A DNA stretch of 64,000 bases from the human T2T-CHM13v2.0 reference genome, Homo sapiens: NCBI RefSeq assembly GCF_009914755.1, contig NC_060928.1; one strand, 5' to 3'. The first letter of the stretch is position 1. Each line of letters starts with the position of its first letter. The notes under the pieces are model-generated. The model was not told the origin of the DNA. It searched no databases and saw nothing but the letters and a program-made list of their open reading frames with translations. This document shows positions 17,934 to 33,509 of the stretch, one piece after another. Position numbers and translations under genes: made by a program.

Positions 17934-19105
17934 TGGTGTTTATCTTTAAAGTGGGCACAGCCACAGGAGTTCACCTGACTCCTGGTCTGAGAGTCACGAG
18001 ATCGTTCAAGATAGTGAGGCCCTCTTTTCCAAAACGAGGACCAAAAATCAATTGACAGTGTTGGTCAAGATGGTAGAAACCTTAAAATGATAGAAATCTC
18101 AACTCTGAAATAAAAACTTTATTTGTATATTTATTTACCACTATTTTGACATAGGGCTAAGGTCTTTTTCTTTGAGCTGATTTCTGGTTTTGTTTTCTTA
18201 AAGTGGCATAAGAATTCAAAGACATTTTGAGGAAGGCTGAGTGCAGAAATCTCTCTTTTTAAATGACTTCTCCTTTCTTTTAACTTGCACTGTTGTCTAG
18301 CCCTCACTTATTTTGTCAATTCTTTTTAGCTGTTTGTCTTTGAATCTTCATAAAGCCATAGCTTTTCTCATAAGAAGCAGCACTTTCTTTGTTCATTCAT
18401 ATTTTAATGAACCCCTGTAGTATTTAATTAAATACTTAATGCCTAATTAAATCACATAATTGCAATGCAAAAGTACATGTATCATAAAGAGGTCTGAAAA
18501 TGAGCAACTGGCAAGCAGGTGGTGGCAGGCAGAGCTGCTTGGGTGGGTGGGTGTCATGGAGAGGAGTTCATCAGCCACATGTTCAGTGAGCTCTGGATAT
18601 GTCTGTTTAGAAATGATCACTAATAAACTTGTGCTCAACCATGTATACCTCTGGGAAGCAGGTGCTCTTCAGTAGATTGCCTCTGCAGAGAACACAGAAT
18701 TGAAGTGAATGTCCACAAAGGCAATGAGCCACCTGCAGAATAGTTTAGTCAAGGCTGTGTTTGAAGTTTGCCAAAGATTAATATACATTTGATTTTCATG
18801 TTGTGCCTTTTCTCTGATTGTGAAATATTACAAATTCTATACAAATAACAATGATGGCAAATCCTCCTGAGCAAAGTGTGCACCTTGTATGTGCCCTAGA
18901 GGAACTTGTGTTTCGTTCTGATTCCCCTACATTTCTCATGTCATAGAGTGGGGGTTGCATTAGTGTCCCCCTGTCCTCGCTGGGATCACATCTGTTTGGA
19001 TCCTAGAGTCTTCCAGCTGAACTGGGACAAGTATAACAGACGGACACGTAGGGGTGGAAAGGCGTCTCTTGGCAGCAGACTTTCTAATTGTGCACGCTCT
19101 TATAG

Positions 19106-19279
<174 letters not shown>

Positions 19280-19639
19280 TGAAAGGTGGGTGGCTGGAAT
19301 CAGCTCTTCCTTCAGTCCTAATCTGTGCCTTGATAGCAGTTCTCCGTGCTAGTCATGGGACAGCTGACTTCATTTCTTCTCACAATGCCATCTCAGGTTG
19401 GTATTGCCCACCTACTTTACAGGGGGGATCCCACAGCTCCGAGAGGTTATGGAGGTGATCAGGCAGCACACAGCTTTAGAGTGCTGGGGTGAGGGCGGGC
19501 CAAGGCTAACTCTAAAGCCCGAACCCTTACCTCCTACACTGCCTCCTGCATTCTGGTCAACCCAGTGTTTTATTTGGTGGTTAGATTTTTGTTTTTGTTA
19601 CCTTACTGCTTGTAATTTAGCAGTTTTCCTTTCCTTTCC

Positions 19640-19943
<304 letters not shown>

Positions 19944-20589
19944 TAATCAGAATTTCTATGATCAAATGACATGAATCATTGTTTCCACAACTGCAGTGGA
20001 AGGAAATGGCCTGGCAGTGCCAGTTTCAGAAGCAGCCTGCCCCCAGTCAGGCACAGGCCACTGTGCCCCCAGTGTAGCAGCACCTCTGTAGCTCACAGAG
20101 AAGGGTGGTGGGGACCTCCTTGAGGCAGCTCTGCCAGAAAATCTCATGAGCTGCCTGGCACAGCTTGAGGTTGCCTTTTAAGTGGACTCAGCAAATACAT
20201 GTTTGTTCATCTTGATTATACACAATAAACAACTACTCTGTATAGTACGAGTAGTCCGTGGTTTTTGGCATTTGATTTAAACTTAGAGGCATGTGATATT
20301 GATGTTACTGCCTTCATGACTGCACCCCCATTCTGATTTCATAATGGAATGTTATCTTGAGACCAGTTAGACAACAGGACAGGGATCTTGGCTTCTGGTG
20401 AGATTGACAGCAGTTTTAGTGTGGTCAGGGTCTCCCTGCCTACAGATGGTTTTAGAATGGTGCCCTGGAAGCTTTATCCCATTCTTTTCTGTGCGTAATC
20501 TGAGTAGAGTGGAGATCGAAGGCCTGAATACATAGTAAATACCTGACTTAATATCTGCCGCAATGGAAATTGTGTGATACAACATTTAT

Positions 20590-21560
20590 GAAACGCTTAG
20601 TGCAGCACCTGCCAGGTAGCTCACCACAGGTGCATGTTGCATTCAGAAGTAGTGCTAGATACTATCCTGTTACTGGCAGTGCATACATCAGTGATCAAAG
20701 CAGATTAAAGAAAGACCCCCTGCCTTCTTGGAGTGAAGATTTTGTTGGGATGCGGGTAAGGGGACAGACAATAGAAAAGCAAGTGAGTGAAGTCTATACC
20801 ATGGCGGCTGATCAGGAACACCGTACAGAAGAATCCAGGAGGGAAGAGAGTTAGGTGGTGTCTGCGGTGGGAGTGGCATTGTTCAGCTGGTGATGAGAAG
20901 AAGCTTTGGTGATCTGGTGACATTTGAGTGAATTTGCAGAAAGGAAAGATACAAGCCTAGGAGATACCTGGGGAAGGAACATTCCAGGCAGAGCAAATAG
21001 CAGTGCAAAGGCCCTGGCGGGGGGCGGACATGCTGTTAGGGTACAAGCAATGAGGGTGGAGGAGTGGGGCAGCCATGGGGAGGGAAGGGAGTGAGGCCTG
21101 GTGGGGTGAGGCCAGTGTGGAGGAGCCTTGAGAGGGTTTGCGCTGATGTGGTGTAGGTTTTAGCAGGATCATTCTTATTCCTGAGTTGAGAATAGCCTTG
21201 AGGGGGAGGTGAGGGCAGAGCAGGGCCACCCATGTGAGACCCGGCACTGGAGTGGAATGGCCCAAGTCAGCATCCCTTGGCAGCATGAAAGCAAAACCAG
21301 CAAGGTTTGCTGGTGGCTTAGATGTGGCATGTGAGAGAGAGCAGGGCTTTGGGGGTGATTTCAGGGTGAGGACAGGGTGGCTGTGGACAAGGTAGGGCAG
21401 ACATTGGGGGCAGCAGGAGGTCAGAGCCTGTCTGGATGTAGCAGTTGAGACCCCATAGGTGCCTAATGAGGTGAGGCCAGCATCAGGTGTATGAGCCTGG
21501 AGTTGTCGAGAGACTGTGGGGCAGGGGGTCAGCATCTGAGATGTCCACTCACAGTGGACC
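20590..21560 (-). mobile_element. L2 fragment
   Basis: ggaaggaacattccaggcagag...cagtgcaaaggccctgg is typical of antisense L2. Boundaries approximate. Confidence 0.6.
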
Positions 21561-22372
21561 CAGACTGGCTGGAGAGGAGGAGGAGCTTGAATACCGAGCC
21601 TGCTGAGTCCCAGCTCCAAGGTCAGGTAGGTGAGGGGAGCCAGTGCTGGGGCAGGGGGAGTAGGCAGGTGTGGGGTTCCTAAAGCCAAGATTTTTTTTAA
21701 GGCATTTTGTGCAGGAGGGCGACATCTGCTGTCAGCACCTTGGGAACTTGGCCCAGGTTTGGCAGCACCGAGGGCACTGATGAGTGCTTTTGGAGGAGCA
21801 AAGGGAGCCAAACCCTAATGGGAATGTGTTCCTGAAAGGACAGGAGAGAGACTTGGGAAAAGGTTTTACTTGAAGAGGGAACGGAGAAATAGGGCAGTAG
21901 CCAGAGGAGGAGAGGAGTCGGCAATGGGTTAAGTTGGCAGAAATGAAGGCCTGTTTACGCACTGAGGGCAGAAGCAACAGGGAGGATCAGTTCATGACAC
22001 AGGAGACACAAATCGCCGTTGTGGTGTTCACAGACATGGGTTAGGATTGGCTGCATGGATGACAGAGCACTGTGGGTTCTCCCAGAGTTGCTGGGGAGGA
22101 GGCAGAGTTGGTGAGCACAGGCGAGGGTCCAGGATGCAGGAATCCTGGAGCTCAAGTCAGTTGTTCCCTTGTTGTAAGATGTGGCCAGTGTTGTGAGCTT
22201 CACATCTGTGCCTTGAAAAACACCACATCTGTTTGCAGAGTTGTTTACTATGTATACACACTCAGTAGAAACAAAAATTGGAAACAGTCAGTGCCCACCA
22301 TCAATAAGTAATGGTTGAACACACTGTGGTATAAGCTTAGACTATTTTAGCTTGGGCTATTTTGCATGATTA

Positions 22373-22635
<263 letters not shown>

Positions 22636-22740
22636 AGAAAGAGAGAGAGAGAAAGAAGAGAGAGGGAGGGAGGAAGGAAGGAAGGAAATAAATGGAAGAA
22701 ATGGAAGGGAGGAAGGGGAGGGAGGAAGGAAGAAAGGAAG
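22636..22740 (+). repeat. Polypurine (GA/GGAA) tract derived from the Alu tail
   Basis: About 100 nt of almost pure A/G. Confidence 0.85.
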
Positions 22741-23321
22741 TTCAGCCAGTTGCCTTGGGAGTTCTCCATTGCACTGGGTTAAGTGAGAAGAGCAGAGACG
22801 TTTATGATTTTTCAAAACAACTAAAACAAAACCTCTGTGGGTGAGGGGGCAAGGATATGGCTATAGGAACATGGGGCAGATTAAGAAAGGGATATACACA
22901 CACCACTTAGCATTTGTTACAACTGTTGTGGGAGGGATGGAGTGCAGAAAAAGAAAAAAAAAAGTGCACACCATCCCATGTATGTGTATACAAAGGGACG
23001 CTTGGAAGACTGGTCCCCAAAATGTTGGTAATGATTGTGTCAGGGTGCTGCAGTGCTAGTTGATTTTTTTTCACACTTTTGTATATTTGAGTCTTTTACA
23101 GAAAGCATTTATTATTTATGTAATAAAAATCTAAATGACAAGATTTCTGTTATGGGAAAAATGTAGCTATACAGTGTTGTTGTAAAAATGTTTGCTTGGT
23201 TCACCACTGAACTTAAAATGCTTTTAAATGAGGGAAGGTGACGATGAGATGATTATGATGATTTGCCCTTGAGTTACATAGCTGGTGTACAGGAAGCTGT
23301 CGTTTCTTTTGGCTTACGTAG

Positions 23322-23579
<258 letters not shown>

Positions 23580-23590
23580 TGAGAGTTTGC

Positions 23591-24186
<596 letters not shown>

Positions 24187-24194
24187 GGCTCTCG

Positions 24195-24282
24195 CACCAA
24201 GCCAAGAGTTTGCATTTTTAGCAAATTCCCAGGTGAAACTAATGCCTGCTTTTCTGGGAGCACACTTTGGGACTCAGTGATA
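24195..24282. mobile_element. MER5A (hAT-Charlie) fragment
   Basis: tttgcatttttagcaaattcccaggtga...cacactttg resembles the MER5A terminus. Confidence 0.6.
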
Positions 24283-24402
24283 GAGAGGTTTATTGGTAGG
24301 ATAGTAAAATAGGAGTTATTTTCTTTCACAAAATTGGCAATTGGGGGAAATTTAATCTTCCTTTTTTCTTCAGCTGTGACTTATGTATTATGTTTATTTT
24401 AG

Positions 24403-24660
<258 letters not shown>

Positions 24661-25664
24661 TAACTAACCCATGCCTTTTGGGAAGTCACGTGATGTTTCA
24701 CAGTCAGTAAGTCTGGAATAATACCTGGTCTTGCTTCACTTCTGAGTTGGGTAAAGAAGTCTGTATCAGTGTAATTTTCTAATCCGTCCTGCATTATCTA
24801 TGGCTCTTGGTTCATACCTGTCTTGAAGTTCTGTCATGTTCTGTCTCTTGTCCTCAGTAGAGATGCTACAGCAGTGGCTCGCCTCAGGCAGGGCAGGGCA
24901 GTGGGGTGGCTGTCCTGGGGGCAGGCAGTAGGGGCACGCTGACGTCAGGGAAGTTGAAACCCAAGAGAAGCCAGTAAAAGTGAGTCTCAGATTGTCACCA
25001 TGTGCTGGCAGTTTTACACGCTGTCAGTAATAAAAGTCTTCTCCCTGCAGGGCAGCCTGCCTCCAATAAATACGTGTAGTATCAAATCCTGTCTTCCCTC
25101 ATAAATTGTTTGGAAGCTCCCCAAGGACAGTGATGAGGCACTCGTAAGTGCTTGCTGCCTAGATGGGTCCCTCTCCACCTTTGCTAGATTCTGAGCATTC
25201 ACTGAGTTAGAGCTGCTTCTGCAAATGTGCTGCTTCTGCTAAGTGGCTGTGACTTCATGCAGCCTTCACTTGGTTTGTCATCAGTGGAGATGCCCTGTGT
25301 TGTCGAAGGAGATAAGCCCAGTAAGCCTGCTGGGCACCTTTTGGTTTGCAGGTTCAGCAGGCAGCCCATGGCTTTCCCTGTGTCGCATTGAAGCAGCTGG
25401 CTAAAATTGATGATACATTAAATTCCTGTGACAGATGATCAGCTTGTATTTGTGTAATGGTGTACAGTTCACAAAGCTTAAAAAAATGCTACCTGCCATT
25501 TCATCCTCAGTGAGGAAGGTGATACACAGAGAGACCAAGTGACTGTGTCCACGGCGACGGCGCTCTGCATTTCACTTTAGCGGTTAATGTACTCTACCTA
25601 TATTTTTACTTTATATTTACCATATATCTTTTCATGTATACTTGGCGTAAGTGCTTTATAGTAG

Positions 25665-25850
<186 letters not shown>

Positions 25851-25999
25851 TGAATCACATTAGTCTTCCTGGAGTGTCTCGTTCCCCATTCTGCACTATA
25901 CACTCTCAGAGTGTAGGAGCTGTGCTGCCCGGTAGAAACTCTGCCTTGCCCAGTGTGCCAGTTGAAAATATTTGTTGCTGTAAGAGTACACCTGATACC

Positions 26000-26492
26000 A
26001 TGTGACCCAGCAGTTCCACTCTTGGGTATATACCCAAAAGAATGGAAAGCAGGGTGGTGAAAAGATATTTGCATGCCAGCATTCATAGCAGCATTATTCA
26101 CGATAGCTAAAATGTGGAACCAACTGAAGTGTCCCTCGATGGATGAATGGATAAGCAAAATCTGGTGTATATTTACAGTGGAATATTATTCAGCCTTAAA
26201 AAAAGGACATTCTGACACATGCTACAACATGGGTGACCCTTAAGGACATTATGCTAAATGAAATAAGCCAGTCACAAAAGGACAAATACTATGTGATTCC
26301 ACTTACATGAGGGACCTGGAGTAGTTAATTCATAGATATAGAAAGTAGAATGGTGGTTGCCAGGGGCTGCAGGGGAGGGGAGTTATTTTTACAAGATGAA
26401 GAGAGTTATTCTAGAAATGAATGGTGGTGATGGTTGTATAACATTATGAATGTACTTAATGCTACTGAACTGTACAGTTAAAAATAGTTAAG
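26000..26492 (+). mobile_element. L1MA/L1MB 3' fragment
   Basis: gacccagcagttccactcttgggtatatacccaaaagaa...ggatgaatggataagcaaaa...gtacttaatgctactgaactgtac. Confidence 0.85.
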
Positions 26493-26494
26493 AG

Positions 26495-27450
26495 GACCAG
26501 GTGTCATGGCTCATGCCTGAAATCCAAGCACTTTGAGAGGCCAAGGCAGGAGGATTGCTTGAGCCAAGGAGTTTGAGACCAGCCTCAGCAACATGGTAGG
26601 ACCCCATCTGTACAAACAAACTAGCCGGGGATAGTGGTGTGCATGTGGTCCCAGCTACTCAGGAGACTGAGGCTGGAGGATCGCTTGAGCCCAGGAGGTT
26701 AAGTCTCTAGTGAGATGTGTTCATGCCACTGCACTCCAGCCTCGGCTATAGAGTAAGACCCTGCCTCAAAAAAACAAAACAAAACAAGACAAGAGCCAAA
26801 AATGGTTAAGATGGGCCAATCACAGTGGCTTATGCCTGTAATCCCAACACTTTGGGAGGTCAAGGTAAAAGGATCACTTGAAGCCAGGAGCTTGGGACCA
26901 GCCTGAGCAACATATCGAGACCCCTATCTCTACAAAGAAAATCAAAAACTAGCTAGATATGGTGGGCACATGCCTGTAGTCCCAGCTACTTGGGAGGCTG
27001 AGGTGGGAGGATCTCTTGAGCTCAGGAGTTCGAGGCTGCAGGGAGCTATTATTGCACTCCAGCCTGGGCTACAGAATGATACCCTGCCTCTTATTAAAAA
27101 AAAATCCAAAAAAAAAAAAAAGTAAACCTGAGAGCTTCCTCCTCCTGTGTTAAATTTGGAGGCCAAGATGTTTTTGTTACTTTTACAAATGATCAAGGAC
27201 GGTGAAGGTTGGGCATGGTAGCTCACACCTGAAATCCCAGCACTTTGGGAGGCTGAGGCGGGGTGATCGCTTGAGCTTGAGACCAGCCTGGACAACATAG
27301 CAAGAGACCCCATCTCCACAAAAATAAAAAAATAAAAAAAAATAGCCAGGAGTAGTGGCATGAGCCTGAGCCCAGGAGGTCAAGCTGTAGTGAGCCATGA
27401 TCATGCCACTGCACTCCAGCCTGGGCGAGATCGAGACCATGTCTCTAGAG
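26495..27450 (+). mobile_element. Cluster of three sense AluJ-type elements (26495-26790, 26814-27121, 27207-27450)
   Basis: Three diverged Alus with internal deletions and A tails. Confidence 0.88.
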
Positions 27451-27906
27451 AAAGAAAATGACAAGGACAGTGAACCCAAGAAAGTCATAAGATGCCAGCT
27501 GTGCAGCAAGCATGGAAAGCAGCCAGTCCAAATTAGGACAGTGTGTTTTCCAAGAAGAACGATCGTTTGTAATGAGAATGCTTTGCTTTAAATAAATGAC
27601 TAAATAGCTAGAAGCCTAGTTCTAGGGGATAGGCACGTCTTTCTTCTCTCAAGAAAATAGAAAGGCAATTCTAATTTCTAGTAACAGCAAACAGCATTAA
27701 GTCATGGTCCAAATATGAGGCAAACCAAAATGTGGCTTGATTGTTCAGCAGTTGATCTGTTGGAAGCCCTTGATATTAAAAAGGTTCTCCTTTAAGCGGC
27801 TTAGGAGTCACGATCAAAGACCTATAGAAAGAGATGCCATCCTTCTAGGATCCTTGGCTCTCTTGGGAACTAGATTCAGATAGTCATAATGTAAATACTG
27901 CTTGAG

Positions 27907-28228
<322 letters not shown>

Positions 28229-28819
28229 GAGCTTTCATTTTTGAAATCAATGTATGACTGAAACACTGAAGACTTACTGACTTAATTATGGTTTCAGAAC
28301 AGAATGAAAATGTCTTCGGTTCTGATGAATATAAAAGGAAAACTAACCAAGTTAATTTGGCAAGTAGATGGTAGAGATAGAGGTGGGGAGTGGAAGGGGA
28401 ACTAAAATCTTCACCTAGCATTGTTGGGATTATATGGTTACATCATCTGAAGTTGACAGACCAAAATATAGAGGCTTCAGAGGTCTCCAAATAGAACTAA
28501 ACATGTAATTCAGATTGTTAGGAGGTAGTATAAATGAGCTAAATCTCATCTTTATTACGGTAGAGTTAATGGGTGATGTCTAAAGTTGTCTGAAGTCTAT
28601 AAATCATGACAAATTATGATGTGGTGATTGTATTCAACAGTCTTTCAGTTGCAGGGATAAAACCCCAGTTTAAACTAGAGTAAGAGAAAGAATGTGTTGG
28701 TTTAAGCTCCTGGAAAGTGCAGGCAAGGGTAGTTGGTAGGACTGCATCTAGTGTTGTAATTCTGTGGTCTGCATTGTATATTTATGCATCTCAGCTCTGC
28801 TTTCTTCTTTTCATTTATA

Positions 28820-29131
28820 TAATTTTTAAATTTTATTTTAAAGATAGGGTCTCACTTTGTCGCCTAGGCTGAAGTGCAGTGGCATGAAGTGCAGTGCGAG
28901 GCTCACTCTAGCCTCGAACTCCTGGGCTCTAGAGTTCTTCCTGCCTCAGCCTTCTAAGTAGCTGAGACAATAGGCATGTACCAACATGCCTGGATAGGTT
29001 TTAAAATTTTTTTGTAGAAATGGAAGTCTTGCTGTGTTGCCCAGGCGGGTCTTTAACTCTTAGCTTCAGGCGATCCTCCTGCCTCTGCCTCCCAAAATGC
29101 TGAGGTTATAGGTGTCACCCACCACGCCCAG
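28820..29131 (-). mobile_element. Alu (AluJ-like)
   Basis: Diverged; internal 15-nt duplication around tgaagtgcagtg. Confidence 0.85.
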
Positions 29132-30374
29132 TCTCATCTCTGCTTCCTGTGTTAGTTTTGTTCTCTGGTGGGCTGTTTTCACATGACCGAAGATGACCTC
29201 TAGCAGGCTGTGTTCTCAGCCCCTCAAGTAGGCCTATGTGATTGGCCTTGCATGAGTAATATGGGTGACCATAAACCCCTGAATGCTCTGGTCCACATGG
29301 GCCAAATGGGAGACTGGACAGCATTCCATTGATGAGGAGGTGGGGCTGGTCTCCGGGAGTAAGGGAGAGGAGCACATGCAGTAACTGATGGTCTGCTGCA
29401 AGGGATAGCAGCACAGCAGTTAGAATTTTGGAGGTAACTACCAGAACTGAAAACAGAAATGATAACAAGTAGTTGCCTTAAAAAGGGATGGGAGCAGGGT
29501 GCTTTTGTGATCAAAGCTCCTTTCTCTTACTGGATTTTTGTACACATTTTGCATACATATCTTAGAGTAAAAGATAGCATTTTCAGCCTTGGTCCATTTG
29601 AGGATACTCTTGGCGTGGCCCGCCTCCATGCTAGCAGGCTCTGGTTGTGCCAAGTTCAGTTGAGCATCCTGGCTCTTGCCTGCACGGAACTTCCAGTCAG
29701 TGCGTCAGTATCACAAGTCTTGATATTTCCTATGAAGAAGAACAGTAGTGCAGTGACAGACGAAATGGGTGGGCAGGCAGAGGCAGGATTTCTGAGGGAG
29801 AGAAGTAGCTAGCTTTTTGCAGAGAAGAGTTCCGGCACCCAAGAGAGCAGCTGAGAGTACAGGCAGGCAGGCAGGATGCCGGTAGGGCCCGGCCGCACGG
29901 CGCCACAGAATCCTGGAGAAAGGGGCCTCTTCATGGCCTCTGCATTCAGCTGCTGTCACCCTCCGCACAGGCCATGGCCAAAATTTAATTTTCATAGTGG
30001 ACTCTAGTTTTTGAGCCTTACTTGCTATTATTGAAATAATTTTCTTGTTTCTTTTTAAAGATCTTCGGATTATGCTTCACTGACCACTGTAATAAGTTTA
30101 AAGTTGAGAAAATATGGCTTGTTAATGAATGATAGGTCAATTTTAGTATGTTGGTCATTTTAATATTTTGCCACCAGTTGGTTTGGATTTGATGCCAGGA
30201 GGAGACAGCCTCATTTCTAAGGACTAGTCTTGCCTTTGTGGGATAAGGGTGGTGTGTTCTGTGTCCTTCTACATGTCCGAGCGATCTCTGTGCAGCTCAA
30301 ATGTGGTCACTGTCTTATTGCGCTGATTTCCTCTCCTTCCATCTCACAATTGAGGCAAAATATTGTTACTGTTG

Positions 30375-30574
30375 AAGTGTTGTCCAATAGGACTTCCAGC
30401 AGAGACAGGATGTCTGCACTGTCTAATTTAGTTGCCTTTAGCCACATGTGGTGTTCTGTACCTGAAATGTGGCTGGTCTGATTGGATAGCTTAATTTATA
30501 ATTTTATTTAATTTTAATTAACTTAAATTTAAACAGCTCTGTGTGGATAGTGGCTCCTGTATGAGACAGTGCAG
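30375..30574 (-). mobile_element. MER3 (hAT-Charlie non-autonomous element)
   Basis: tgtccaatag...tagccacatgtgg...aattttatttaattttaattaacttaaatttaaa...gacagtgcag. Confidence 0.8.
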
Positions 30575-33210
30575 GTCTGTTGAGAAGCAGCTTTACTGGT
30601 GGGAGTGGAGGGCTTGGAGAGGGCACGTGGGTTTCCTGCTGGTATCTTTTGACCTTATTTAATCTGCCCAACATTTGCAAGTAAGTTGTGTGTGTGTGTA
30701 TATATAAATGTGTGTTTCTGTCTTCTTGTTTCCTTTGACTGCATTTATTTGAAAGACACTAGGTGGCAGAATTACTGTATTTGATTGGTTTCAAGATAAG
30801 AGTTGAAATAATTCATCTCGTGTTTTTATATAAGTAAGGTGTGTTTAGCATGTAAAATTGGTAATATGTATTCACGTACTGCTTAAACAAAGGCTATGAA
30901 TTCCACCCATAAACCGAAAATGAAGACCTTTAAATTTGTCCATTTCAGGCGTGGGTACTTCTTAAATAATACCTGGTTCAGGAACTAGTCAGAATGGCAC
31001 CCTTGACTTTTTGTTTCCTGCTTTTCCTCTTGTTGGGAGAGGAGGGTATTCATCCCACAGTGGTTTGCCTATTTCACATTCCATCTAGGATAAGCAGAAT
31101 AGCCAAGAAAGATAGCTGTCCTCCTGTTTACAACATTTGGGGTAACCAGCATCCCTCTCTTTTGGTCCAAGATAGACTGGTTTAGAAACAGATGATGGCA
31201 CCAGAGGCCCAGGAGGTGGAAACATCAGCTTTGTTTGTTGTCCATGTGGCTGAATTAGAGCTGTCTGGCCTTGTAGCCTCAACACGGCCTTCCAGCTTTG
31301 CTCACCGTGATTTTCAAGGACACATCTTGTGCTCTTCCCTGCCTGCCATCCAGACTATACCCAGTCAGGGTGGCAGGAGCTGCTGCCCCTTCCTCCCTGA
31401 GTCCTGGTCGTGGGTGGTGGAGATGTGCCATGACGCTCACGGAGGCATGCTCACCCCTTCCTCTGTGGCAGAGGGGATGGCTGCACGACAGCTCTTCCCT
31501 GTCCTTTCCAAAGCGTCTGTGGTTCCACTTTTTGGGGCAAAGCAGGAATACTGGAAGAGAGAGAAAGTGGTCCTTTCTATAGTAATAAAGTTGACATTGA
31601 TTCAAGTTCATGCTTGGGGAAAGGACAGGGCTACTAACAATTATAATGCTGGGAGCAATGGAATTTTCTCATGGGTATGTGGTAGGTTTAATTTTAATTA
31701 TCCCAGTTAATTCTTAGAACTGCTCTGTGAAGTATTTCCCGCTTTGTGCTTAAGTTCTAAAAGATCCTGTGCCAAAACCAAGAATGAAAACCCAAGCATT
31801 CTTTCTTGCCCATCGATCTTTCTCTCATCAGGCCACTTCTTGGGTTGATAGTGGTGAGTGTAGCCGCTGCCACTTTCAGAATACCCACCATGGGCCCCAG
31901 TCACTGTGTGGCGTGGAGAAGAGATGGTTCTCTCTGTGTCATAGCTGAACAAGCCCAGCCCAGAGAGGTTTCTGCCCTAGGAGCTCTCGATGGTGGAATT
32001 GGGATGCGATCCCACATCCTGCCTGTTTTGAAAACAGCATTCTTTATTTCCAATTCCTGCTTCCATTGTTCCTTTTAATATTTCTTTGTTTAGCTCACAA
32101 AAACACGGCTTGCGGAGCTGCTGCGTGCAGCTGTAGCTGTTTCTCTGGGTGCAGCCTGCATCCGCCTTCCTGCCCGCCTCCTTTCCTGCACTGCCATCGT
32201 GGTCTCCGGGCACTTGGTCCCTTTCTCTTCCCCCGAGTCCCTTTGGCTCCCCTGTGCCACCCTTGTGATCCACAGGCTCTGCCTTCTTTCTGTCTCAGAC
32301 TGCTGCTCATCACTACTCGGGACCCTAGGAAGGGAGGTTCCACCGAGAAGCATCTTCTCATCTCAGCCACGTTCTCAGTGCCACTGTTGTCTTTGTTAGG
32401 TAATGGTAGCTACTGTAACAAATAAACCAACATTTCCATGGCTTCACACCAGAGAAGGTTGTTTCTTGGTTTTATGACAATGTATTGAGGGTGTTCTTGG
32501 TTCACGGATGGTTTTCCTCCATGTGGGAATTCGGGGACCCAGGCTCCTTTCCTTCTTTTGGTTCTGTTCTCCAGGCCTTCACATCCTCTGTGTCTGGTTG
32601 GGGACAAGGAGAGGGAAGGTAAAGAAGGCTTTGTGGCCTTGGATAAGTGACAGGCATGCCTTTGCTGGTGTTCTCTCGTGGTGACAGGTCACAGCCCCAC
32701 CCTGTAAAAGGGGACTGAGAGACGTCGTCCTGCTGCTTCCCAGCAGCAGCACTGTGGTCTCTGATGTGTTTTCTGTGAGGATAAAAACAGGTGATTCCAG
32801 GATGAGGAAAGTCAGGGAAACCCTTGGAAGGAGGGGACCAGGCGGGTGTCACCATGGGATTAGTGGTGGCTTCAGAATGAGCTGCAGCGAGTGCCATGCC
32901 TTCTAAAGCTTTTGCTATTCTGATATGCCCACACCATGCCCAGCAGGTGTCTGCCTTGCTCTCCGCAGAGAGAGTGATGAATCCTTCTCATGAGCCTCTG
33001 TCCAGTTGTTCCTCCCTCCACCTGGAAGGGACCCTGGGTTCCTCATAACATCCCAGCGGAACAGGGGACCTTCTATCCTGTCCCCAAGTTCATCCTCATC
33101 CTCCTGCCGGCTTCCTGGCCCCTCTTATGTCTGCTTCCTGACGCCACATCCTTCTGGATTCTCTGGAATTGAATTTTGCCTTTGATGCTTATTTAAAAAT
33201 ATCCATTGCA

Positions 33211-33509
33211 GGCCAGGTGTGGTGGCTCACACCTGTAATCCTGTGCACTTTGGGAAGCCAAGGTGGGCAGATTGCTTGAGCCCAGGAGTTTGAGATTAGC
33301 CTGAGCAACATGTTGAAATCCTGTTTCTATAGAAAATACAAAAATTAGCTGGGCATGGTGGCGCACACCTATACTCCCAGCTACTCAGGAACCTGAGACA
33401 GGAGGATCAATTGAGCCCCGGAGGCCAAAGCTACAGTGGGCTGTGATCGTGCCACTGTACTCCAGTCTGGTCAAACAGAGTGAGACCCTGTCTGAAAAAA
33501 AAAAAAAAA
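33211..33509 (+). mobile_element. Alu (AluJ-like)
   Basis: Full length; TSD atccattgca. Confidence 0.9.

Noticed and set aside
20957-21811. 284-aa minus-strand ORF
   Set aside because: Non-ATG start, low-complexity P/L/S/A composition, overlaps a decayed L2, and no recognisable domain.
31192-31710. 172-aa intronic ORF, and similar ones at 48689-49204 and 50369-50875
   Set aside because: No motif or codon support; the latter two are antisense shadows of HTT exons in GC-rich DNA.
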